From a virus (Duplodnaviria > Caudoviricetes), in IMG/VR virus record IMGVR_UViG_3300050034_000204, positions 1 to 63,709 of that record: a DNA stretch of 63,709 bases; one strand, written 5' to 3'. The notes under the pieces are model-generated. The model was not told where the DNA came from. It saw nothing but the letters and a program-made list of their open reading frames with translations, and searched no databases. Made by a program: the position numbers and the translations under genes. This document shows, one piece after another, positions 9,920 through 19,630 of this stretch; within the stretch, counting starts at the first letter, position 1; the number at the start of each line of letters is the position of its first letter.

Positions 9920-9933
9920 GAATATATTTATGC

Positions 9934-9969
9934 CAAAAGAGGGAGACATCTACTTGTCTCCCTCTTTTG
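9934..9969. terminator. Intrinsic terminator
   Basis: CAAAAGAGGGAGACA-N6-TGTCTCCCTCTTTTG. Confidence 0.85.
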
Positions 9970-9992
9970 CTGTTATTAAATTGATATTTTAA

Positions 9993-11027
9993 TTATAAAT
10001 TCATATCAATCTTGCAATAATAATCCTTGGCATTTGATGCAAACACATAGGCATCTTCACCAGTCAATTCAACCGTATCATCAATGCTTGATTTAATTTT
10101 GGCTGGATTATGAGCAATATAATTTATTCCGTTATCAGTATGGAGTCCCTGATATCCAACCAATATTGGATCAGTATCCTTTGCGTAAATATTTACATAA
10201 ATCTTAATGTTACCATTTATAGTTCCAGCAAATCTAATGGAAAACGGAGCACCAAGTGAGTTTTCTTCTTCGGTATTAGGTAAGAATGCCTTTGTGGAAT
10301 CATTTTGAATAATAGTTAGCGCCGCATTAGAAACTACAGCCCAGTTACCAACACCTCTACGTGTACGTTGTGCAATAAGATTAGAAGCACGGTTAATATC
10401 AATTATAAGGTCCGCATTATCATCTTTTTTGCTTGTGAAAGTATAGTCGGCAGTAGGAACCAAGTTTGAAATTTCTTGTAATAATTGCATGTCATGATGA
10501 ATAGCTAGTTCGGCAACGCCCGCGTCCATAAATTCATTTTCTAAATTCACTCCAGCGTGTATCATATTACTCATTTCTTGCAGATACTTGCTGACGGGAG
10601 AAAGTTGACAGTAAGTATCTGTGTGACGCTTGATTACAAATGGACAGCGAATGGCGGCTACTTGTATCTGTCCAGACTTTGCGATAGCATCACGACTATG
10701 CTCATCTTCTTCTGCCATCGGAATAGCGTCTGGAAGAGGATTAAATTTAACTTCCATAGCTGAAATCGATCCGGTCTTATCCTTACTAGCATCCACTCCG
10801 ACCAATTTATGTGCAGCTAGATGATTAAATGCAATCCCAGCAATAGGAATTATCATTCTTTTTACGTCTGGATTAAGTTGAGGAAGACCGGCACTAGTCA
10901 GTACATCATTTGTAATAATATCAGACCTAACATTGTCCAATACGGTTCCCAATGCACTGCTATTAACTGAATCTGCAATTAGTTGTGATTTAATTTTTTC
11001 CCAGTTAGAATTTGTTGCAATATCCAT
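9993..11027 (-). CDS. Diverged gp23/gp24-like capsid protein paralogue
   Basis: INRASNLIAQRTRRGVGNWAVVS, FAGTINGNIKIYVN and ILVGYQG match T4-type major capsid motifs; short and degenerate elsewhere. Confidence 0.75.
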   Translation of the reverse strand: MDIATNSNWEKIKSQLIADSVNSSALGTVLDNVRSDIITNDVLTSAGLPQLNPDVKRMIIPIAGIAFNHLAAHKLVGVDASKDKTGSISAMEVKFNPLPDAIPMAEEDEHSRDAIAKSGQIQVAAIRCPFVIKRHTDTYCQLSPVSKYLQEMSNMIHAGVNLENEFMDAGVAELAIHHDMQLLQEISNLVPTADYTFTSKKDDNADLIIDINRASNLIAQRTRRGVGNWAVVSNAALTIIQNDSTKAFLPNTEEENSLGAPFSIRFAGTINGNIKIYVNIYAKDTDPILVGYQGLHTDNGINYIAHNPAKIKSSIDDTVELTGEDAYVFASNAKDYYCKIDMNL

Positions 11028-11033
11028 GTTGTT

Positions 11034-11342
11034 TTATCCTCTTAAAATTTGTTTGTTTGGAATTACTAGTTTAGAAACACTTTGGCTATATGCCGCTTCA
11101 AGGCCATCTCGAAGATATTTTGTCTTAGCTGCTACTGCATTCTTTGAAAGTTCTATAACATGCTCTGGACTTGCAGAAAACATAAATGGTCCTAATTTTA
11201 GTGCTCCATTCATATCCTGCATAAGTATTCTAGCATCTTGTAAAATATAAGAAGTAATTGTTTCTTCTTGAATTTTACCAAGTAATTCTTCACCAGAACT
11301 TAATTTAATTGCGTATACCTTTGATATTGTTATTTCTCCCAT
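11034..11342 (-). CDS. Small conserved T4-like phage protein (Sm-like)
   Basis: IKLSSGEELLG...PFMF...Y..S..KLVIP pattern; AAGGAG RBS. Confidence 0.6.
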   Translation of the reverse strand: MGEITISKVYAIKLSSGEELLGKIQEETITSYILQDARILMQDMNGALKLGPFMFSASPEHVIELSKNAVAAKTKYLRDGLEAAYSQSVSKLVIPNKQILRG

Positions 11343-11343
11343 A

Positions 11344-11775
11344 TTATTTCTCCTTAATATTATGTTTAATTTCTTCTGCGGTAATAATGAATCTAACATT
11401 ATAATTGCTCAATTCATCTTGATAATCATTTCCTACTAAAATAGCTGGAATTGCCCCCTCGATAACATCATCAATAATAGCCAACGCAAAATTATTATCT
11501 TTTCCATGCTCACTCATTACTAATGTATATAGCGTTCCTAAACATTGAGAATTTTTACAAAAAGAATTTTTACTGAATAATTCCCACGGGGTGGGCCAGC
11601 AAGATAATTCAGCAATATCAAACTGTAATTGATTTAGAAATGGTCCAGATTCCCATTGATTTTTTGTTAATTGAACTGCTTCTTGCAATGGCAAGGTAGA
11701 AATATATTTTCTAAATTTTCTAATTGAAATAATTCTATCTTCGGCTGAACCAATCCATTTAATATTAGTACTCAT
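11344..11775 (-). CDS. Phage hypothetical protein
   Basis: WPTPWEL...C...LGTLYTL; GTAAATA upstream. Confidence 0.65.
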   Translation of the reverse strand: MSTNIKWIGSAEDRIISIRKFRKYISTLPLQEAVQLTKNQWESGPFLNQLQFDIAELSCWPTPWELFSKNSFCKNSQCLGTLYTLVMSEHGKDNNFALAIIDDVIEGAIPAILVGNDYQDELSNYNVRFIITAEEIKHNIKEK

Positions 11776-11817
11776 AGTTCCCCTTTTTTCTTATTTACTT
11801 GGTTGATAAATATTACT

Positions 11818-12561
11818 ATGAAAAATCCTAATCGTTTTTATGTATATGCATATATTAGAGAATTTGATGATGAAAATGACGTAGCCAACACCCCGTATTA
11901 TATTGGGAAAGGATCGGGACGAAGGATTCATAGTCTCCACTATTGCAAAGTCCCATCCAACAAATTTAAAGTATTTATCTGCCAAAATATGGAAGAGGGA
12001 GAAGCATTTTTGTTAGAGGATCAACTTATTAGCATGTTTGGAAGAATAGATTTAAATACTGGGTGCTTGGAAAATCGAACTGGGGGTGGTGGGTGCATCT
12101 GGAATGCAAAATTAGCTGCACAAGCAAACGAGAATCGTAGAAAGAATCCAAACTGGAAAAATACCACCGAGCGCGCGAACCGAGGATGGGAAACTCGCAG
12201 AAAGAATAATAACGCGGCGCACTCCGAGGAATCATGTAAACGTGGATGGGAAACACGTCGAAAACACGGCAAAGATAAACATTCAGAAGCCACCAAGAAA
12301 AAAATAGTTAATACTCATATGGAACGCTACGGAAAAGGAAGCTCAAGTAATTCCGAGAGCGCCCATCGCGCCATTTTAACAAGAATTAAAAATGGAAACG
12401 ATACTACCAGTAAGCCAGTAACCATTGATGGGGTATCCTATCATAGTATTAATGATGCTTCCAGAAATCTTAATATGACTAGCTATGCGACTAGAAAATT
12501 TATAGATCATAAAATTGAGATGCACGATCCCACCACATATTGGAATAATTCTCAAAGTTAG
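11818..12561 (+). mobile_element. Free-standing GIY-YIG-type homing endonuclease gene
   Basis: FYVYAY...PYYIGKG..RR, E..LI..FGR...G.L.N.T.GG; basic NUMOD-like repeats; C-terminal KPVTIDGVSYHSINDASRNL; opposite strand to its neighbours. Confidence 0.75.
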
Positions 12562-13177
12562 ATGCATCTATAATAAATTCTTGATATTCATACTCTGTTG
12601 TAGCGATCATAATTATTGCTTGCTTAATTTCCTGTTTATATAATTCATTAAATGCAAGTATATAGGCACAGCATTGGCAATAATAAGATATAACTCTATC
12701 TTCTGATTTCAAATGAATGGAATTTTTAAAATCTACAATGGTTAATTCACCCTTCCATTCCGCCACTAAATCGGTAGTTCCGGCATATAATAACGGATAC
12801 CACAGCGCGACTTCCGATCCATAAATTGCACCCAATTTTGATAATCCACTATCAATGATCACATTTGCCATTTTACGGGCTTGGATTGAACATGGATGCG
12901 AACCAGACGGTGATAATGTATCTGTGCTAACATAATTTTCTAAAAAACGATGCATGCGCGTGCCTCGTGCGGCTGCTTCATTTTTAATTTGCTCTGCTTT
13001 AACTATCCCGACACGCTTCTTCCATTGCTCTAATGCATTTCTTTCTTTTTCGGTTTTAGTCTTATCTAATATTGTAGTAACTGATGGCAAATTTTGATTA
13101 TTTGGGCATTGATATACTCGCTGCCCATTCACCTCGGTTCTATTTAACGCAGTATAATCAAATCTCTTTGTGATCAT
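12500..13177 (-). CDS. PD-(D/E)XK (Cas4/RecB-like) exonuclease
   Basis: LPSVTTIL, RGTRMH, SE, YAGTTD, IVDFK and Q..AY. Confidence 0.85.
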   Translation of the reverse strand: MITKRFDYTALNRTEVNGQRVYQCPNNQNLPSVTTILDKTKTEKERNALEQWKKRVGIVKAEQIKNEAAARGTRMHRFLENYVSTDTLSPSGSHPCSIQARKMANVIIDSGLSKLGAIYGSEVALWYPLLYAGTTDLVAEWKGELTIVDFKNSIHLKSEDRVISYYCQCCAYILAFNELYKQEIKQAIIMIATTEYEYQEFIIDASNFENYSNMWWDRASQFYDL

Positions 13178-13183
13178 ATAAAG

Positions 13184-13212
13184 AGTTTATCAAACAAAAA
13201 ATGAACATTCAA
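13184..13212 (-). promoter_or_regulatory. Sigma70-like promoter 6 nt before the ATG (probably leaderless)
   Basis: TTGAAT-N17-TAAACT-N6-ATG, no SD. Confidence 0.45.
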
Positions 13213-13216
13213 ATGT

Positions 13217-13666
13217 TTAATTCATTCGATTTGCTGCACGTCTTGCCATATCTGTTACCGGATTTATTTGAGAAGGAACATTGGGTTGATTATTAGTCAT
13301 TTGTTGCTGTTGATTGGCCCCTTGCTGCCCTTGCTGAGAACCATCGGTACTCAGGTCCAAGTCATCTGGAATATCATCGTCCTCGTCCGACATTTCATCT
13401 GGATCTGGAACATCCAAATCAGAATCAGTTTCTCCAGTGAGATTTATTTTTACTTGATTTTTATCAATATTAGCTACCATATTTCCAATTACTTGATCTT
13501 GTTGAATAAGATCTGAAAGTTCTTGATAAGTAACATTTATTCCAGTACCTCGTAGAATATCAATAAATTTTTTAGTAGAAACCACAGGCACAAGATTTTT
13601 ATCCTGTGCCTTATGTTTCATTAACTGAAGTAATGAAATAAGAGAATTTCGTATAGATGAATCCAT
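13217..13666 (-). CDS. Hypothetical protein, acidic/Gln-rich linker
   Basis: Coupled to the upstream gene; ends V.DMARRA. Confidence 0.7.
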   Translation of the reverse strand: MDSSIRNSLISLLQLMKHKAQDKNLVPVVSTKKFIDILRGTGINVTYQELSDLIQQDQVIGNMVANIDKNQVKINLTGETDSDLDVPDPDEMSDEDDDIPDDLDLSTDGSQQGQQGANQQQQMTNNQPNVPSQINPVTDMARRAANRMN

Positions 13667-14259
13667 TATTTCCTCTTGGTTGGTTTAAAATTTTTACGAT
13701 CTTCTTTGATTCCTTCAATAGCCAATCTATTCATTTCTTCTGCAAGGCGTCTTGCTTGCTTTGGAAATTTCTTTTTGTTAATTTCATTTAGTGCATTTTT
13801 AAGGGCAATAATTTTGGCTTCTCTAACTCTAGCTTCTCTTCCAAGCGGAGCAGCTTCATCGCTTCCAAAATCCTCTCCATCTAAAGAATCTTTATCAGAA
13901 GGAATTTCTTCATCTTCTCCGGAAGGCAATGCTAAATCCGAGCCAGTATCAGACGCATCCCCAGTAAGAACCAAGGTGGCCTTTTCTAGTTCTGCTCTCT
14001 TCTCTTTAACGGTCATTAATAGATCATTGAGTACTTGATTGGCAGTTTGTTGATAAGCTTCTGCTGATTCCTGCCCAAAACTTCCTCGAATAGAATCAAT
14101 TAATGCAGGTAATTCATCATTGCTCATCTTACCAAGATCAGTGATAATATCCAATAATCTATCTACAATATCTTTTGCAGCTAACGCTGCTTCCGCATTT
14201 TGCATTTCTCCTTCAATAATTAGCTTGCGGCATCTTGATTCCAATAAATTTTTCTTCAT
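13666..14259 (-). CDS. Putative head-internal/scaffold-like helical protein
   Basis: Several L/I-x-E sites, coiled coil and acidic linker; AGGAG RBS. Confidence 0.5.
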   Translation of the reverse strand: MKKNLLESRCRKLIIEGEMQNAEAALAAKDIVDRLLDIITDLGKMSNDELPALIDSIRGSFGQESAEAYQQTANQVLNDLLMTVKEKRAELEKATLVLTGDASDTGSDLALPSGEDEEIPSDKDSLDGEDFGSDEAAPLGREARVREAKIIALKNALNEINKKKFPKQARRLAEEMNRLAIEGIKEDRKNFKPTKRK

Positions 14260-14274
14260 AAAATTCTCCTATGG

Positions 14275-15324
14275 TTATTTATGATTTTTCTGCGTTGCAT
14301 CTTCTTTAACAGATTTATACAAGTTATAAAAATATTCAATTATTAATTTCTTTTGAGTTCCAATTTTGCGATCAAATGCACCATCGCTACTTTGTTTTAT
14401 TATTTTCCAAATAGCCTTCCAAGACCTAGTTATATTTGTTTTAGAATCTGCAATTCCCATTGCATATACTCTCTTATATACTGCAAAAATATATGGTTTG
14501 CTTTTAGTAGAATATGATCCAAAATGCTTTTCTAGTTCGTCCAATAACTCTCTATTTATATTGGTATCTCCATAGGATGAAATAACTGTGTGCAAGTCTC
14601 TAAAATACTTACTATACTTGGACTTATCTAAATCAGTTTCCAACTCATCCTTTTTTAATCCAGCAACGAATCCCCCAACCATTCCTCCCAATAAAGAAGC
14701 CCCTCTTCTTTTATTTTTATGCAGGTTATCCATAAAAGATTTATATAATTCTTGGGCTTTCTCTTTATCGTCGTGTGACATTTGCTTATATAATTCAACA
14801 TTTGTTTTATCATCAAGTGGTTCATGCTCGAAATATTCTTGCATCCAATTCTTTCCATCATACACATAATAGGCATCTCCGACAGAAAGAAGATCATTTT
14901 TCTGGGGAGTTCCATCAAATAATTTTGTAAGAGTGTCTTGCCGGGATGAAAATTTTCCATCTTTACCACGAAGCCATTGATTACCAATTAAGGTATATTT
15001 AACTCCATTTCTAGTAACATATACCTTGGATATATTCTTTCCATTTCTTATGTTAACTCTTCCAGCTTCAAATAGAAAATACTTGTTGGTTAGCAAATGT
15101 GATAAAACATTTTCAATTAATGAAAAAATATGATTTTGCTTACTATATCCAGTTTTAAATGACTCAATATATTGGAAAGATTTCTTTTCTTCTTTTATCA
15201 TAGTCAGCATTGCCATTGTAATATCACTATTCAATTTTTCAACTGGAACAGTTATTCCATAAGTTTCTTGCAGAGTTTCATATGATTTAATATATGATTC
15301 TTTTTTAAACTCTTCCAATATCAT
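14275..15324 (-). CDS. Hypothetical protein (possible head-internal protein)
   Basis: Leader MILEEF; same operon as the kinase. Confidence 0.6.
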   Translation of the reverse strand: MILEEFKKESYIKSYETLQETYGITVPVEKLNSDITMAMLTMIKEEKKSFQYIESFKTGYSKQNHIFSLIENVLSHLLTNKYFLFEAGRVNIRNGKNISKVYVTRNGVKYTLIGNQWLRGKDGKFSSRQDTLTKLFDGTPQKNDLLSVGDAYYVYDGKNWMQEYFEHEPLDDKTNVELYKQMSHDDKEKAQELYKSFMDNLHKNKRRGASLLGGMVGGFVAGLKKDELETDLDKSKYSKYFRDLHTVISSYGDTNINRELLDELEKHFGSYSTKSKPYIFAVYKRVYAMGIADSKTNITRSWKAIWKIIKQSSDGAFDRKIGTQKKLIIEYFYNLYKSVKEDATQKNHK

Positions 15325-16022
15325 TATATTTCTCCCTCAAAGTAAAATGGATCAATGAAAACAACAGTTCCATCTTTTCGTTGCATAATATTTCCGCTAT
15401 TCATAACATCCAAAGATGCTCCCGTCTTTTTTGAGAATTCTTTTAATTGTGTAATAGCCTCAAAAAAACTACGAGGAAGCTTCTTAAAAACAAGCTCTTC
15501 CCGATCACCTAATGGTATATAAGGAGCAAGATCCTGCAATTCTTCAAATGATTCCGCACGGAAAGAGTCGGTATTTCCTGATAATAATACCTCAATGATA
15601 TTTCTAATTTGTCTATTTTTCATTGAAGGAATCGAATATAATTTTTCAATTAAGTAACAATAATATTTTTCTTTTCCAATTCGTATAATTTTAGCATTAC
15701 CTATAACTGGAAAATGAATGTTATGGGATAACCTAGAAAATAATGCAAATTTAGCAAAGGCGCTGTCAAGAGAACGATTAATTTTTAAAATATAATCATA
15801 TCCATCTTTTTCATACGCATTAGAAAAGTGACCGATTCCAACCCTATTCCAACCATTTTTTATTAAGATATTATCGGCTTTGTAATTATTATTTGTGTCA
15901 TCATAATGATCTTTAAACAACGCAACATCATTATTAAAATTATTATCTTTATAAAATGAGTCTATGCCTTGCTCAGAATCGGAGGACCATTGTGCGGTAT
16001 TTGTTAATTCATCTAATATCAT
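15324..16022 (-). CDS. Protein-kinase-fold protein
   Basis: VGIGHFSNAY (Gly loop), ILKI, LIEKL, D...SGNIMQR and FIDP; leader MILDEL. Confidence 0.7.
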   Translation of the reverse strand: MILDELTNTAQWSSDSEQGIDSFYKDNNFNNDVALFKDHYDDTNNNYKADNILIKNGWNRVGIGHFSNAYEKDGYDYILKINRSLDSAFAKFALFSRLSHNIHFPVIGNAKIIRIGKEKYYCYLIEKLYSIPSMKNRQIRNIIEVLLSGNTDSFRAESFEELQDLAPYIPLGDREELVFKKLPRSFFEAITQLKEFSKKTGASLDVMNSGNIMQRKDGTVVFIDPFYFEGEI

Positions 16023-16030
16023 ATAATCTC

Positions 16031-16342
16031 TTATTTTAAATTAGCCATTATAATAGGTACTATAACTTTCATAATTATTGCCCCCATGGCAGTTATAAAA
16101 GTTGCAATAATACCTATCCCCCAATTTATAAGCTGCTTGTTGCGATCATCTTTAATAGCTTGAATAAGATCTCGCATTTCACCAAACTGAGTTTCATATT
16201 TTTCTTTCATTTCATCAATAGTCTTTGAAAGCTCTTCGTTTGATTTTTCAATCATATCTAATCGAAGAGTTATTACTGCAAATTCTTTCGCATCTTCTAT
16301 TGCATTGCCTGAACTTTTTGAATCATTTCCTCGTGGAGACAT
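16031..16342 (-). CDS. Coiled coil with C-terminal TM (holin/XhlA-like architecture)
   Basis: Heptads followed by WGIGIIATFITAMGAII. Confidence 0.55.
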   Translation of the reverse strand: MSPRGNDSKSSGNAIEDAKEFAVITLRLDMIEKSNEELSKTIDEMKEKYETQFGEMRDLIQAIKDDRNKQLINWGIGIIATFITAMGAIIMKVIVPIIMANLK

Positions 16343-16354
16343 AACGCAATTCAC

Positions 16355-16729
16355 CTACCTTTCTATATTATTTATGGAAATTCTTATATTTTTAAATTTA
16401 CCATTTGATATGAAGCATTCCGAGGAAGTTTTTTCATTCAAGCCACTAACTACGGGAATTTTATTAAAATCTTGTAAAATTTCATCGATATTTATTTGCG
16501 AATAATCATATTCAAAATACAAAACCCACTCATTCCCAACATGAATGGGAATAGAAATATTTTCCGGTTGAAATCGCAATCCTAATATCTGCACTGTAAC
16601 ATCATAATTTCGTTGTTGATTTCTTAAAAAAATCCAATCATCTAACGAATATTTTGAATTAAATGGAGGGATATTCCATTTTGCATTGGTTTTGGTAATA
16701 TCTATAGTTGTTCTTAATTCATAAGTCAT
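16355..16729 (-). CDS. Phage hypothetical protein
   Basis: TTIDITKT...RNQQRNYD...QILGLR.QP; TAAATA-N5-ATG. Confidence 0.7.
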   Translation of the reverse strand: MTYELRTTIDITKTNAKWNIPPFNSKYSLDDWIFLRNQQRNYDVTVQILGLRFQPENISIPIHVGNEWVLYFEYDYSQINIDEILQDFNKIPVVSGLNEKTSSECFISNGKFKNIRISINNIER

Positions 16730-16764
16730 ACTTCTATTTAAGAAATTATATTTTGATAAAGAGA

Positions 16765-16861
16765 GTGACAGGAAACCCGTAAAGATCTATACGAAAAACA
16801 TGTCGCACCTAGTTGTCTATGATAATTTACTACACAATATATAGTGCTTTTAATATAACCA
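16765..16861 (+). repeat. 97-bp intergenic element, copy 1
   Basis: Reverse complement of 45110..45206 with one mismatch (16838). Confidence 0.95.
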
Positions 16862-16917
16862 ACCCATAGTTTAAAATAATACTCGTTCAAAATATCATAA
16901 ATATGGTAGGAGATAAA

Positions 16918-17697
16918 ATGCCTTCACAGATTAAACCGAACTCGATTGATGCTACTTATCCTGTTGCCGGGGTTTCGCAACCGACACAAGGATTCAGGAC
17001 AAATTTTCTAGCTATTCAAAATGCATTTAAAGAAACTGCATTGGAACTAGAAGATCTTGTTAATAAAACAATTGTATCTGCTCCATTGACATATGGAAAT
17101 TCAAATGTATATATTAATAATTTTGGTGGAATGAATAATTCCAACCTGAGTCTTACAGCATATGCTGATTCAATATATGATCATGGTGAAATTTCTGGTT
17201 CTAGTACTATTGATGTAGATATGAGTGCAGGTACAATCCATACTTTTTCGTTATCAACTTCTTCGGTGCAAACTATCAATGTTGAAAATTTTCCCGGACT
17301 TGGATATAGTAAAATTGTATTATCGGTGACGGCAAATGCCACGCCACAATATATTGATTTTTCTACTATCTATGGGAGCGTGTCTGCATATCCGCAAAGT
17401 ACTACCGGAAGTGATATGTTATATGCACCCCAAGCATCAAATGCAAATCTTAGACTGGATTCGTCATATTATAATTATTTAATTGATATTAGCAGCGAAG
17501 ATGGAACAAATTGGTTTGTGCAAATTGAAAATCCGCCAGAGCAAATGTATGTTGTATCCGTTCCAACTACCAGCATAGGAAGTGCCGGAGATTGTAAAGG
17601 AATGGTTGCATATGATTATTCTTATTTGTATCTGTGCAATGGTTATTATGATGGTAGTACTCAGATTTGGAGAAGAATTGTATTGAGCACATTTTAA
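16918..17697 (+). CDS. Virion structural (tail/baseplate-associated) protein
   Basis: IDATYPVAG..Q..QGFRTNF N-terminus; PTTSIGSAGD.KG.VAYD..YLY.C...YDG...IWRR C-terminal module; CATAAATA plus AGGAG upstream. Confidence 0.65.
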   Translation: MPSQIKPNSIDATYPVAGVSQPTQGFRTNFLAIQNAFKETALELEDLVNKTIVSAPLTYGNSNVYINNFGGMNNSNLSLTAYADSIYDHGEISGSSTIDVDMSAGTIHTFSLSTSSVQTINVENFPGLGYSKIVLSVTANATPQYIDFSTIYGSVSAYPQSTTGSDMLYAPQASNANLRLDSSYYNYLIDISSEDGTNWFVQIENPPEQMYVVSVPTTSIGSAGDCKGMVAYDYSYLYLCNGYYDGSTQIWRRIVLSTF

Positions 17698-17768
17698 TCT
17701 TGACTTTACTATTCGCATATGAGATACTTGTTAGGTAGACAAATCATATATAAATACTTGGAGAAAAT

Positions 17769-18215
17769 ATGCTTTTAGTAAAGAAGATGCAAGAAGATGC
17801 AATTGTTCCAACATGTAGTCATCCCGGAGAAGATTTTGGTTATGATGTATATTCAGTCGAAGATGTAACGCTTATTCCAAATAAAGTGGTAATGGTTGAT
17901 ACCGGCATTTCTGCTCAATATTATATGCCAGATGGTACTAATAAAGTATGGGGATTATTGATTAAGGATAGATCAAGTATGGCAGCAAAAGGAATTACTA
18001 CTTCTGGTGGGGTAATTGATGCTTCATACACGGACAATATTCGGATTTTAATGACCCTGCACGGCACTTGTCATAACGAATCATATATTATCCCAAAGGG
18101 AGCAAAGATTGCGCAACTGATCCCTATTCCAGTTGCAACAAATAGTATTACAGAAGTAGATGAATTGCCTAGAAGTTCTCGGGGAACAAATGGATTCGGC
18201 AGCACAGGAGCATAA
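17769..18215 (+). CDS. dut: Trimeric dUTPase
   Basis: GYDV, DRSSMA, GVIDASY, KIAQL and RGTNGFGSTG. Confidence 0.95.
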   Translation: MLLVKKMQEDAIVPTCSHPGEDFGYDVYSVEDVTLIPNKVVMVDTGISAQYYMPDGTNKVWGLLIKDRSSMAAKGITTSGGVIDASYTDNIRILMTLHGTCHNESYIIPKGAKIAQLIPIPVATNSITEVDELPRSSRGTNGFGSTGA

Positions 18216-18460
18216 TGTTTTTTGATGGATTATATTCAAATTTAAAAAATGCTGAAATAGAAGAACGTATTTCAAAATTACAAGCTCTTTTAGCTTCAGG
18301 GTATCAAAATGAATCCGTTATTAATCAAGCATACATGTTTATGAATGAATTGACAGAAGAACGGGATCGAAGATATCAGCAAAAATTAGAAAAATATTAT
18401 AAAAAGAAGGGGATTGTTAATCCAGACAAGGATGATAGCCCAATCGATTTTGGAGAATAA
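18215..18460 (+). CDS. Small helical hypothetical protein
   Basis: Translationally coupled to dut. Confidence 0.7.
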   Translation: MFFDGLYSNLKNAEIEERISKLQALLASGYQNESVINQAYMFMNELTEERDRRYQQKLEKYYKKKGIVNPDKDDSPIDFGE

Positions 18461-18461
18461 T

Positions 18462-19103
18462 ATGCTAGAAAATACTTCATTACAGCACGATATTAGTTTT
18501 CATTCCATCTTTGTGGTTGATACTGCAATCTATCCTGTTAATTTTAAAGTTAACATACGATATGATGTTGCGTCATTTAATTCAGAAGAGCATACAATTG
18601 CGATTCGAAGAATTTTATTTTTCTTTAATGAAGTACTTAATAAATCCATTTTCATAGCAAAAGATAATCCCATCTTATCAAAAATGAAAAAATTCAAGGG
18701 ACCAAATATTTTTGTTGAATTGCCAGATGTTCCAAGTGAACATATTCTTGGTTTATTATTATATGATAAAATCCAAGCAATTGTTCAAGATGTTTTTGTA
18801 ATAGATACATTTACTATTTTGGGAGATTATGGAAATATTTCGTATGTTATCGATTCCGAGACTAAATTTGTAGATGAAGGCGAAGATGTTTGGTGGGAGC
18901 GCCCCGATCCATCGGTATCTGATGATTATAAAGCAAATGTCAATCAACTTACTTGGGATATGCTTGAATTAACACTGGATGAAGAACTTATCGAAATGCC
19001 ATCTATTGAATTGATTCCGGGAAAATCTCCCACCCCAGAAAAAATAAATGAAGAATTAATTAAATCCATTGAACAAATTGATGGAGAAGAAGATGAAGAT
19101 TAA
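18462..19103 (+). CDS. Phage hypothetical protein
   Basis: GGAG RBS; WWERPD...TWDMLEL motif; acidic tail. Confidence 0.65.
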   Translation: MLENTSLQHDISFHSIFVVDTAIYPVNFKVNIRYDVASFNSEEHTIAIRRILFFFNEVLNKSIFIAKDNPILSKMKKFKGPNIFVELPDVPSEHILGLLLYDKIQAIVQDVFVIDTFTILGDYGNISYVIDSETKFVDEGEDVWWERPDPSVSDDYKANVNQLTWDMLELTLDEELIEMPSIELIPGKSPTPEKINEELIKSIEQIDGEEDED

Positions 19104-19614
19104 TGATTATGGATTGTGCGGAGTTTCTCAGGATGAGGTTATTGAGGAACTTCGCAAAAATCCTAATTTAGATATTGAAAAATTATTATTAGAAGATTCG
19201 GAATATAATGATAACGTAAAAAATACTTATGCATATGAACTTCCTACAACCAAAATATATACTGATAAATTAAATATATCCCCTTCTGAATTTCATAATT
19301 CTTTAAATAAAGAATGGCTCATGCCAGAAGAATATACAAACATGAATATCATATCTTATATTAATGGATTGTGCAAAACTCCCGAGGAACTTGATAGAGC
19401 ACATATAGAATTAGAATTATATGCTAAATTTGAATTGATTGATTTATTACGATATTTAAAATATTTACGAGATACGGCCATCAAAAATAATGTAGTGTGG
19501 GGAGTTGGAAGAGGAAGTTCTTGTTGTTCATATGTGTTATACTTATTAGGGATACATAAAGTAAATAGTATTTTATATGATCTAAAAATAGAAGATTTTC
19601 TCAGGAATAAATAA
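19093..19614 (+). CDS. Stand-alone fragment of DNA polymerase III alpha (DnaE)
   Basis: R...EL..., WGVGRGSSCCSYVLYLLGIHKVN and L..EDFL correspond to DnaE GPGRGSAAGSLVAY.LGIT.VDP...L.FERFL. Confidence 0.8.
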   Translation: MKINDYGLCGVSQDEVIEELRKNPNLDIEKLLLEDSEYNDNVKNTYAYELPTTKIYTDKLNISPSEFHNSLNKEWLMPEEYTNMNIISYINGLCKTPEELDRAHIELELYAKFELIDLLRYLKYLRDTAIKNNVVWGVGRGSSCCSYVLYLLGIHKVNSILYDLKIEDFLRNK

Positions 19615-19630
19615 GTACTAGGAGAAATCA

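Noticed and set aside
19093-19614. Split-intein DnaE as in cyanobacteria
   Set aside because: No Cys-initiated N-intein sequence at the C-terminus; the ORF ends right after EDFLRNK.
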